Shown here: one piece after another, positions 24,809 to 36,532 of the stretch
Position numbering within the stretch: position 1 is the first letter of the stretch
Layout: each line of letters starts with the position of its first letter
From: Epiperipatus broadwayi
Taxonomy: Eukaryota > Animalia > Onychophora
Direction: 5' to 3'
Length of the DNA: 64,000 bases
Assembly: GCA_028023455.1 (NCBI GenBank)
Contig: JAQFVV010000003.1
Coordinates: forward strand, 28,830,001-28,894,000
Notes under the pieces: generated by a model
Database searches by the model: none
The model's input: the letters and a program-made list of their open reading frames with translations, nothing else
Told to the model about the DNA's origin: nothing
Position numbers and translations under genes: made by a program

Positions 24809-24870
24809 GATTTTTTTTTCCGGGTTTGTTTCTCTTGACCTATCGCAAAAAAATATTTGTAATTCATGTA

Positions 24871-25150
24871 GAGTATTTTTTTTCTGAATATAATATAATA
24901 ATAAAAAAGGAGTAAATTAGTATAAATCAGGAGACATGTCAATCAATTAATTTCATGCACTGAATAGGTCATTATATATATATGTGTGCAAATGCATAGT
25001 CAAAAAAGAGTATTTTTTTTCTGGATATAATATAATAATAAAAAAGGAGTAAATTAGTAAATAAATCAGGAGACACGTCAATCAATTAATTTCATGCACT
25101 GAATAGGTCATTATATATATATATATATGCAAATGCATAGTAAAAAAAAA
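24871..25150 (+). repeat. ~137-bp tandem duplication
   Basis: gagtattttttt..ctg(a/g)atataatataataataaaaaaggagtaaattag..atcaggagaca(t/c)gtcaatc..gcaaatgcatagt starts at 24871 and 25008. Confidence 0.9.
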
Positions 25151-25621
25151 ATAAGTTTTTTATTAAATATTTTATAAATTTTATGTAATCTTTCCTGCTT
25201 ACTGGTGACTGGCGCTCGAGGATGATTTGAACAAGCTATAAGTCATCCTCATATAAATTTGTCATCAGAGGTGGAGAAGGAAACGTTCTACGCTTAAAAT
25301 AAAAAGGGGACCCATTTGATTTGTTTTTTTTTTTTTAAAAAAAAAGTAGAATTGGATTTGATGAAAATGAGAATGGAATAAAGTATAGGGTCAAATCAAA
25401 AGTTTGAGGTTTGAAACTGGCACAGACGTGTAAAATGAATTATGTTATAATCATGAACAACTGAAGTCTATTTTAAAAGCAACTGGAAGAAGAAACCGAT
25501 GGTGAGTTACCTTTATTGATTTAGTTATTTTAGTAAATTTTAATCATTTGTTAAATATTTTGTAGTCAGATTTTAAAGATGGGCAAATCTTAGCGAATTT
25601 AAATAAAATATAGCGGTATCA
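25065..25621 (+). repeat. Right arm of the 557-bp long-range inverted repeat
   Basis: Reverse complement of 16574-17130. Confidence 0.95.
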
Positions 25622-25791
25622 TTTATAGGCATCTTTAATAGAGTTAGCCATAGGAACAGGATGGAAAGTGGACAGGTCGTTTTCGTTTGCGGAGTACAGC
25701 TATTTGCCGTATTATAAAAAGTCAAGTCAAAGTAAATTAATTTAGCTCTGTAAAAATATATTGGATAAATAAAATAGAATAAACTAGTAAT

Positions 25792-26150
25792 ATGGAAGAG
25801 AAAAAGGAAATAATGAATGAAGGAGAGGAAGTGAGGAATGAAAAGGAAGGTATTACATTAAGGTCTGGGAGAAAAATAACAGAAGATAGCAGCAGCATGG
25901 ACGATGACACAGAAGAGGTGTATACGGAAGAAGTTGTCATATCAAAGGAATCTGCTTCTAGTCCACCAGATGAAGATAAGACTAAATGTCTGGAGATGAG
26001 TTCAATATGTGAACAAATTAAAATGGAGATAATGAAAATGGTGAGAAGCATAGACAGGAAGCAATAGAGAGGGATGAAAAGCATAGACAGGAAGCAAAGA
26101 AAGGGATGAAAAGCATCACAAATGTTCTTGACACTTTACAGTATTTAAAT
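25792..26150 (+). pseudogene. Truncated gag-like ORF (N-terminus) of an LTR element
   Basis: MEEKKEIMNEG..ITLRSGRKI.. (LRSG motif, acidic then coiled-coil-like). It lies downstream of LTR+PBS in the same orientation; a ~33-bp tandem repeat (26048-26116) spans the premature TAG. Confidence 0.45.
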
Positions 26151-26289
26151 ATTTTTTGACATTACTCCTATACTACCACCTCTTTTTTCTTTTTCTTTTC
26201 TATTTATAGAAACAAATGACTGCAAAAGGAAAATAAAAAAGGCATATTTTATCAACAGCAATAATAATGCAATAAACAGACGTGATACC

Positions 26290-27250
26290 TGCTTTGAAAT
26301 TTCTAAAAAATGGACTACCTAACTTATTTGCATATCTTAAGTCTAATGTAAACCATACCACAGTTTTCAATGTGGCTATGATTATGAGGCTTGGATCTTC
26401 GAAAGTGCTCAGCCATAACAGAGTCATTAATATTTTTCATTTTTATAACTTCTGCAACTTGCATATTGTATGCGCTTTGTAGATTTTTTCTATTTATACC
26501 AAATTTTCCAGTGTAGGTTCTTTTTTTCTTAGACATATTTCCACTACTGCTAATACCTCAAGTTCTTCATTTTTAACTGCTTTGTTTAGTTCCAACCAGC
26601 TTTTCTGATCTCCTATCACCTTGCATATTCAAATATCCAATTGTTACAATTTCTTCCTTTCTTTCTGCTCTTTTATAAATTTTTTTGACTCTTTCTTCTC
26701 TATTATAATTACTAGATGTCTTCCCCTTTTACTGCCACCTGTAAAAAATGTAAAATTCAAATGTTTTACCAAATGTATTTAAATAATAATAAACATAAGG
26801 TTTTATCTTCTCATTTTCAATAATGATATTCATATGAAATTTTCTTATTGCTGCTATATGATTGCATATTTTGGTAGTGATTTGCTTAAAGTTTGTTGGA
26901 AGCTTGTTGAAACAGTTCAAATAGATAAATAAAACAGTCTTTAATTATTTCACTGCAGAGCAAATGCTTCTTCAACAGCTCCTTATAAAAAACCAGTGAA
27001 AGAGAAAGCATCACCATTGTTTATTAAATATTGAATTTTAACATTTGCCCATCCTCGTTTATCAGGTATTCATAATAGCAAGATACCCATTTATCAACCA
27101 ACATTAAATTAGTTGAGTCGCTATGGACTGGTCCAGATTGGAAGCAGAGCAGTAACCAGGATAGATGGATATATTACAGGATCCTTCTAATATAAGCAGT
27201 TTTATAAACCCATTTAAGCATTCATAAATCAAAACAGAATGGAACTTAGA
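26290..27250 (-). mobile_element. Degenerate retroelement mosaic: Penelope-like RT/GIY-YIG remnants plus a LINE endonuclease N-terminal fragment (~26490-26710)
   Basis: KNINDSVMAEHF resembles the S..AEH motif of PLE GIY-YIG domains. NCFNKLPTNFK/IIIENEKIKPY resembles the PLE RT end. IVTIGYLNMQG and EVLAVVE match an APE N-terminus. Confidence 0.4.
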
Positions 27251-27884
27251 CATAAGTAATTGTTGCTGGTAGATGTGTATGTAAATATATAAATCCTCTA
27301 TTGGAAGATAGAGTAACTAAAGATGAAACTCTCTCCTATAAAGACAAATTTAGACATTTTAGTAATGGCATTAACACCCCTCAATAATGCGCTAAAACAA
27401 ATGCTCAACATTCTTCAATTTTCTCTGTGCATTCTTGTTTAAAGGAAATTAATGTCTTATAAGTGGAATAATTTGTATTAATTCTTCCTTGTTCATGGTT
27501 TATGTAAGTTTAGAAATAGACATTAACCCTGTGATTCTGAACTTACAGTTCCCGTGCATTCATGGACAACTAGTTAGAAACTAAATTCATTTTTCAAAAG
27601 TTAACAAAAAGTAATGTATCAACTAAATCAGAACATATAACACTTGTCCAATAAAAAGGAAAATGATAATAATGATGATGAATGATTTACTGCTCAAGAG
27701 ATCATGTGATTTAGTGCACAAGAATTGAACTTCAATTTAAAAATCTTTAATTCAAGTCCTTAATTCTTTCACTGCATTAAACATGAAAAAAAAAAAAAGA
27801 AATGACATATTTGAAATAGTATAAACACTTTAGATTTTAAATAATAAAGTTTATTGAACATTCAAAATCATTATAAAACTGTAC

Positions 27885-27986
27885 CTGGTAATTGACACAG
27901 CTTGAGTCTGCAATGGTCTTGAATATTCAGTAAATTTTCGTACTCTGTCTTATGACTTGCAAGAGTTATAGCCACACCATGAGAAC
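27885..27986 (-). CDS. DDX20: DDX20 internal exon (102 bp, phase 1-1)
   Basis: tttctttatag|GT TCT CAT...TTA CCA G|gtacag; encodes (G)SHGVAITLASHKTEYENLLNIQDHCRLKLCQLP, following motif VI. Confidence 0.92.
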
Positions 27987-28839
27987 CTATAAAGAAATAA
28001 ATTACTATATTTCAAAAAATAAGTAGTGATTTTCCACAACAAAACTACCACATGACTCTCCTAGCTTGATGTGTCCATATAACAGTAACATTCGTTCCAA
28101 CATAACTTGCAGAATAGTAACAATACAAAAAGTGTACTTTTTAATAAGAAAGGCAAGTAAATTGAAAATAATTTCTTATGTTTTGGTACAGACATCTGAT
28201 ATGCCTGGTTATTTATGATATATTTCAGATAAGTTTGAATATTACTTATATTAAGCAGATTTTACTTGCTTTATTTTAAAGTTTGAAAAAATAAAATATA
28301 CATAATTATAAAATGGGATATTCTTTATAGTCAATAAGCACACATTTAATTATATTATGGATAGGGAGAAATTATAATCAATTAAAGAATGTTTCATTTA
28401 TTTTATGAAATTTACAATTATTAACTTTTCCTTATACTCAATCAAGTAAGAATTTAATTTTCATTTTCATATAAATACGATCAACTGAATTTAGCACACA
28501 AAATATATAATTAATATACTACAAAACTATAACTTATAAAACTATTATGAATGAGGGTATTTAAGCACTCTCATGTTTTATTTTAAAATGAGCTAATAGA
28601 GAGTGCTTAAGTAATTCCATAAATAATACATACATACATACACCCATATATATATATCAGATTATAATATAATAATATACTATAATATAGCAACAGATTA
28701 CATAATGATAGTAAAAATATTAACATTGAGAAGGATGTATGACAAGATAATTCCATATCTAAAAAACGTTTTTGTGGGTTAAAATAGCAAGCAAAGTAAA
28801 TAGAAGTAAATGGAGATTATTTAAGGCATGTAGATTTTG

Positions 28840-29480
28840 AAGGATTATGTAGTTGTTTTTGCAAATAATGCTTTAGAACTTCAGGAAATGTTGCAAGAGT
28901 TATCAGATGACAGTAAGAAAGTAGGATTAAAAATAAATGTTAAAAAGACTAAAGTAATGTTCAATGGATTTTTCTCAAAAAAAGAAAATAAAGATTAATA
29001 ATGATGAGTTAGAAGAAGTTAACAATTACAAATACTTTCATCAGATTATTACTATAGATGGACACATAATGGATGATATTAATCATAGGATTAAATTTGG
29101 TTGGAGTGCTTTTGGTAGAAATAACAATATGTGTCTGAAAAGGAAGTTAAAGGTGTGTTAACACTTTTCACTTACAGATCTGACAATTGGGTACTTAACA
29201 GAAGAATAGTACAAAGACTTTAGACTACTCAATGAAGTATGGAGAAATGCATATTAGGAGTAACAAGAAGAGATTGAAAACGAAATATCTGGGTGAGAAA
29301 ACAAAGAGGTATTACTGATAGCATTGAAAGAATTAAGAGACTGAATATATTTCTAGAAGAGACAACAATTAATGGATAATTGAAATCTTAAACTAGATTC
29401 CAAGAGATTGTAAAAGAACTAGAAAAAGCTAACATGTAAGAAACTCAGACAAAATAAGGAAGTGTGCTGGGTGATGTAGA
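28840..29480 (+). mobile_element. RTE-clade LINE 3' RT fragment
   Basis: FANNALELQEMLQELSDDSKKVGLKINVKKTKVMFN and ELEEVNNYKY..INHRIKFGWSAFG (ORF 28964-29161). Confidence 0.85.
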
Positions 29481-31599
29481 GAATTGATTGATATAATAAA
29501 TGACAATTTCATAATTGGAGTATCTTTTTTCCTTTTCTTTTTGCTTTAGATCGGAGAAGATGGATTGAACTTGGAGAGACCTTCATTCTGCAGTGGATCA
29601 ATAATGATTGAAAATAATGATGATAGTATAGTAATATTTTACATTGATAAATATTAAAATTTTTAAAATATATTATAGTTTCTATTGTGGCCCTAAATAT
29701 TATAATGGAATGCAAAATGCAAACATGTTCTCATTATAATGGATGCATGATGCCCTCAGTATACTGTTTTACCCTGAGCTACCATAGGTGTAATGGATTA
29801 TAAATAAAAATATCAAATGACAATATGTATGTGTGCATAAGAGTATAGTAAAATAATCAAATTATTTTAATACATTCCCAGAGAGACGAAACATTTATAT
29901 TTCTGAGGCATTATTTCCACTCAAAGCATGGCAATCAAACTATAACCTACACATATTTTTACAATCCTAACTACCAGACTACAGAACTCAGTAGATACAT
30001 TTGACTTTTTTAAATCTATAAAAATATAGGTTCAAAATGTTAATCAATCACATCATACATATGAATAGAAGATGTATTAAATTGAGAATAAAGAGGTAAA
30101 ACTATATTTTAAGTAACAAAAAAATATTTAATAAATAATAGTACAATATAATGAAATCATGTCCTGTATCAATATTGAACTACTTCAATTATATGCTACC
30201 CCCTCCCCCCAATAAAATAAATGTATTTAACTAAAAAAAAAGTAAATTAAGTAAAAAAATAGTAAGAGTAATAAATTTAATAAATTTTAGAATATGAGGC
30301 AGCAGCGATTTTTTCAACTTGGAAGTGTCCTCATTAAATACAATTGTGTTTATTCATAACATGTAATCTGGGTTATGTTAAAAGCATATATATATATATA
30401 TATTGTATTTTATTTTGTGACCCCCCCCCCCCAATTTTGATACGGTACAGTATTTCATATAATAAAATATTTTCTAAGCATAAAGCTAAAAGCTTTACAA
30501 AACTTAAGAATACTTATTGTATCCATTTGAAATTTTTAGCATCAAATTTTGATTTGTCATCAGTTTCTACATTTATTTTAGATTCACCTCTATTCTTGCA
30601 TTAAAAAGCAGAATTTTTAATCATTGTATTGATCTGGCATGTTCTTAAAATTTCTACATCAACTTTAACTTCTTATACATAGGCAATATTTTTAATTCTA
30701 AAAGTATCTTGCATCATTTTTAATAGCCCCCAACATTATTTTTTAATATATACATTTTTTTCTCTCTTGTGTTTTTTCTGATTTTTTTTTATCTATTTTT
30801 CTGTTTATTTCTATTTTATTTTGTTTTTTGCCTGTGTTAATTTTTCTAAACATTTCATTCTTTGGTTGCACTTGCATTATTAACTAGTTGTACAAGACTT
30901 TGGTTATCTATCTCCTAATAAATCAGCTATTGGGTTATTTTGTTATTAAATCACCCATCTCCTATCCTCATAATCAGTTAATATACATTTGTAGTCATAC
31001 AATTATCTTAAAATTTGAATTAAATAATTATGCTTTAGAATTACTCCCCTCCCCCCAATTTAATGCTGCTTTCTTCACTTTTTTCTAATCTAATTAATAA
31101 AAGTAAAAGCATTTTAAAGTCAATATTATCAAAAAATAAAATCTATTTGTTAAATCAAAAATTAAATTTAAAGTAAACAAAAAACTTTTTTTCTTATTTT
31201 TTTTTTTACATTTAAAGTAAAAATAAAATAAAAATAGAATATTATAAATTTAATCATTCTTATAAAATACATTTAAATGAGTTTATACTCACTATACAAA
31301 AAAAAAAAAAAAATTAAATAATTTATATTTCTTTGTTTGAAATTTGTGTATTACAACGTATCTGTCAACCTGCTATTTCAAAATATATTGTGACTCTCAA
31401 TATACTTAATCTATTACATACATATTCCTAAATGAATATGGTTCTTCTAACTAAAAAAAAAAAAACTGCTCTAAAAATGAGTTTTGTGATGACTACTCAT
31501 GTCCTCTTATAGAACAGAATGGACCATTTTTTGTTTGATATTTTGCAATACTATCTTTTAATTTCTTCAGCAGAAAACTTTTATTTCTGAAACATTTCA

Positions 31600-33900
31600 A
31601 TGCCATGTTTCTGCCATATTTTCCCAATGGAAATAATTGACACTGCACTTTTTCACAATGTCTTAGAGATAATCCTTATAATATGAACAGAGTCTTACAT
31701 TATTAATTTATTATACATGACCAATCCAATGAAGATATGATTTTATAACAGTGAACTCTGTTATCCCATTCAGCAAGTGGAAGAACATATTGATTGATTT
31801 TATATCTTGCCATTGTATTTTTAGAATTTTATGAAGCATCATTAAATGAAATTCCTTTAATGTCTTTATATTACATCAATAGGGTGTCTGAGTTTCACTT
31901 CCATAAATAAAATAAATAACCGCTCTCTAATCAGCAATGATTATATACCTATAATAAAATACTGTATCTTTTAACTTGTTAAATGCAGCAGCAACACATT
32001 ATAATCTCTGAATATCTAAGTCCATCTTTCTACTTATAAAATTGATTTGTATTTTCAAATTGACAATCAACTAAACTAAAAGTGGCTGAGGATTTTTTTT
32101 CTATCATTGACTGATAAAGAACTTCAGTTTTCTGATTATGAAATATTAAACCAAAGTCTTTATAAAACATTAAGTACATTCTACAAATCTTCTTTTGAAT
32201 TAAGCAAAAATAGCACAATAAATTCTGAATCCAAAAATATGAAGTTCTTGTTTTTGCTTTTAATAGATTCAAATTCTATCAATAAAATGTTATCACATCT
32301 TGATCCTCATTTCATTAAACTGCCTATACATAGTTTCAAAAACAACTGCCATGAAAATTTGAAACAATGTTGGTTCAGGTGCACATCAATGTTTAATAGC
32401 AATTTTCACTTCAAATTACTCAGATTTTTCACGTACAATATACTCTCATTCCATCATGTATAAGCGGAATAGTATGAACAAATTTGGGTGGACAATCAAC
32501 TAATTTCAAATAATGCCACAGACCTAGCCAATTAATTGAAGTAAATGCTTGGGGAAAAAATAATATGACTTCTTTGATCCTATTATTTTTTCTTGCATTT
32601 GCCTAGCAACTAAAATTATGTGTAAGTTTCTTGATTGTCTAATAACACATTGAGCCTTTAATAAATATTCATCCATGGCTGGAAGCAACCTATTCAAATC
32701 CATGAAAGTGTTTTTGCAATTGTCAATAATAATATTTTACGATAATTGCTGCAATCTTGTCTATTCCCTTAATTTTTAAAAATTGGAATAGAAGCAACCT
32801 TAAAATCAGGCTGCACAACTTGATAGATTCATATATTTCTAAAAGATTTCCAGTATTTTTGAAGCTAATATACACCATATTTTAAAATTACTCTAGATAT
32901 TTTATCAAAACACAGAGCTTTTCCTTTTATACAATTACAAAAAACTGTTTTGACTTCACTAAGCTGGATATCTTTGCCCAAATGTAAATGATTGGATGAA
33001 ATGGTTATATCCTTAAGAGTCATCGTTTTAATTCTTGTATCATTATTCAAAAGATGATCAAAATATTCTTTCCACTTGTTCAAAATATTATCATCATATA
33101 CATGAATATTATTGCTGAATTTAATAGAATTGTGATATAATTTCTCAGATCCATATGTTGCTTTCATTGCATCAAAAAAAAAAAAAAAAATCTAGAATGA
33201 TCATAATCATCTACTTTATAATTTTAATCCATCAATCATTTTTAAGCCTTCTTATAAGTAGTTAAACTTCTGCCTTCATATCTTTATTTTTATAATGAAG
33301 TTCCACATTTAATCTATTATAATAACTGCCAAGCAAAAAATGCTATTATATTTCCTTTTAATCAAATCACTAACAATAAGATCACTGTAAGAAAACCAGT
33401 CATGATTATTCTTTTTAGTGAAAGCAAAAATAGATTTATTTGTATCCATAATACACTTCATAAGAGAATTCCATGTTTCAATAATATGACAATCTTGAAG
33501 ATCCAAATTAACAATGTTAGTGTTTAATAGCTGTTAAAATTTAATACATATATTTTCTAAAGAATGAACATCAATTTTCTTGTGAATATATTTAAAATAA
33601 TATCTATTTTTTTAATGCAACTATATCATTTTAATCTTAAAGCATATTAATCTATGATCTATCTAACAACTGCACTTGTAAGTGCTCACATAATGTAAAC
33701 TTCTCTTGTATTCCGACTTCTAACTATAATGTAATCTATTAAATGTCATTGTTTTGAGCATAGATGCATCCATGCGTGTTGTTGAAAGTGACTTTTTTGC
33801 TTAAACAAAGTGTTTATGATAGTTACTCCATGTGTTATACAAAAATTCAATAATAAATAATCATTTGAATTTATAGCAACAATACCATTATTTCCAACAA
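31600..33900 (-). mobile_element. Second degenerate copy of the RTE family at 50-2864
   Basis: Minus-strand ORFs 33309-33506, 32865-33167 and 32030-32272 parallel plus-strand 780-2250 (e.g. gatcttcaagattgtcatattattgaaacatgg; aaaagcaaaaacaagaacttc). Confidence 0.8.
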
Positions 33901-35645
33901 CTTTTAGCCAAAGACTATTAATTGTAGCAACATATGCATAAAAGTCTCCAAGAAAAAAAAATTCTGTCTTTTAATGATATTGCTGTAATAATGTTATCCA
34001 GTAAGGAAACAAATTTTTCTTTCTTTCAATTCTATCTAATCTATAAGGCATATTATAAAGTGATTATATTAATGAACTTTTGTGAAGCTGTAGGAATTTT
34101 TTTTCAGAATTTTTACAATTAATCATGATCCTGAAACATTGTAATAAAGACCTGATGAATCAGGATTTATATAGTTATCAAGTTAATATAGAATGATTCT
34201 CAAACAGATATACATTACTTGTTTATGTTTCTTTTGATTGTTTGTTTTATGGAAAGATTTAGCTATTTTTGAAAATAGCTTTTATAGTGTCCTTTTTTAC
34301 ATAAAAAATTAAGTTATAAAAAATTACTGCTATCATTAGTGTGGTTTTCAATATAAGATGAAACTAACAGCATTTAGGTGGAATTTAAAGATTTAGAACA
34401 TATTTATAATAAAGCCATGACATGTGTTATATTAATAGACATTGCTCATTAACTGCAGTTATCAGCTATCTTATAAAAAAAATTATAAATAATAAAAATA
34501 AAATATTAAAACTTGTAAATTTATTAAATTTTATGAGTCTATATCACAATCAACATGATAGCAGCCAATTTTCATCTTGGAATACTCTCACTAAATCTAC
34601 TACGATTTTGTTTATTAAATATATTTTCTCTGTATTAAATAAGTCAAAAGCATAGACATTTTTCTTCACTTTATTTGTTCCAAAAGTTTGTCTTCTAAGC
34701 ATCTTTTAAAAGAATTTATAAAGTACATTCCAGTAAATGCTAAAATGAAAATTATCTATTTGTAATAAATAGAAAAAAATACCATATTCAAAAGTGTGCA
34801 GAATGTTAAAAAAGAATGAATCCTCTAATAAAAATAATGAAAAGAGAAAAACATATTTATGCCAAAAATTTTGCACTCCTGAAACATCATAAGTTATAAT
34901 CAAATTAAAGGATAATTTTAAAGTAGTAAAGCATTGAATTTATGGATAAAGATATAATCAGGAAAATGTTTCTGTAGACTTTAATAAATAAAGATAAGTT
35001 TATTACCATTATTTTTTGAGTTAATGAGAAAACATAGAGAATAAATATATATGTAAATATGCTCACTCAATTTATTATTAATATTTCAAAATAAATACAT
35101 ACAAAATGTATATAAAGAAAAACTCAGTTTAATACTTTAACAGAATATGTATTTATTTTGAATTATATTGTTCTAAGAAAAGTTTTTAAAAGATTGAAGT
35201 TACATTATTATTAATAATTATATTATTATTTTTAAATTTTTTTTTATTATATTACAATCTTAATTTGTATATAAAATAAAAACAAACTATACATGTAAAA
35301 GTCTTAGTGTTAGACATATATGTGTGTATTGAAAAATATTGTACACCATAGTGTAGTCAAGAAAATTTATAAACAAAATAAAAGCTATTTTCCTGGTATA
35401 TGATTTATGCTAGAAAGGCTTGGAATAAAATATAACAGATATTGCATCTTCACTGTACCTATAACTATAAATAAGTTTTTTCTTTTGATGAGTTTGGATA
35501 TTGCATTTTGCTATCAGTTATAAATATTAATTAGTAATTTGAAATTATATTTTTTTTAAAAAACTCAACTATAATTCAAAATATTTCCAAAGTTGGAGCT
35601 AAACACTCATTTTTGAAATTTTAGAAAATTTTTATTAATCTATTA

Positions 35646-35912
<267 letters not shown>

Positions 35913-36193
35913 TTAATATATTAGTGAAAATAATTTATTTTAGAAAATCATTTAAATATACATTGAAATATATATGTAGGTATATATATAAAAAAAAGAT
36001 AAAACAGCATTCAACCCATTACAGGGCAAAGACTCCATTACTAGTCCTTCATAAAGAAATAGTAAAAGAGAAGGCATTATACATCAGGCTTGGTTTTCTA
36101 TCATTTTATTTTCTAGCTAAGATTAGCTGGGTACTCATTTACTGACTTCAATATATAATGACTATTTGGGTTAGTTATGAATAGTTTTCACAG

Positions 36194-36532
36194 AGGATAA
36201 ACTCTCCATACAGTAGTGCCACTCAGTGCAAGCCAGAGTAATGAATGGATGCAAGAAGGTTTGTGCATAAAATCCCCATCTAGTGAGGAGCTGAGAGCAC
36301 TACACCTAGATCTTAGGATCTAATGCTTTATTAGCTTTATAGTTAGCGAATAAGGTAAAAGGTGGCTGCTGGAAGGTTCAATTAGTTTCCAAGATCTAGG
36401 TGCAGTGCTCTCAAATCCAAGGCTCCTCACTGATGAAAGCCACAAGTTAGAAACTAGTCTGGGGATATTGGATGAGTAGGCACTTAGATGGGGATTCTAT
36501 GCACAAACCTTCTTGCATCCATTGATTACTCT
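36194..36532. mobile_element. Head-to-head pair of a short non-coding repeat (Penelope pLTR/retrozyme-like)
   Basis: The minus copy 36194-36314 and the plus copy 36391-36532 both start AAGATCTAGGTG and are separated by 76 bp. The plus copy contains the hammerhead motif; the minus copy lacks it. Confidence 0.7.
36424..36465 (+). ncRNA. Minimal type I hammerhead ribozyme motif
   Basis: TCCTCA-CTGATGA-AAGCCACAAGTTA-GAA-AC-TA-GT-C-TGGGGA. Helix I has 6 bp (one G:U), the CUGAUGA and GAAA core is intact, helix III is the palindrome ACUAGU, and the cleavage triplet is GUC. The helix II closing pair is an A:A mismatch. Confidence 0.72.
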
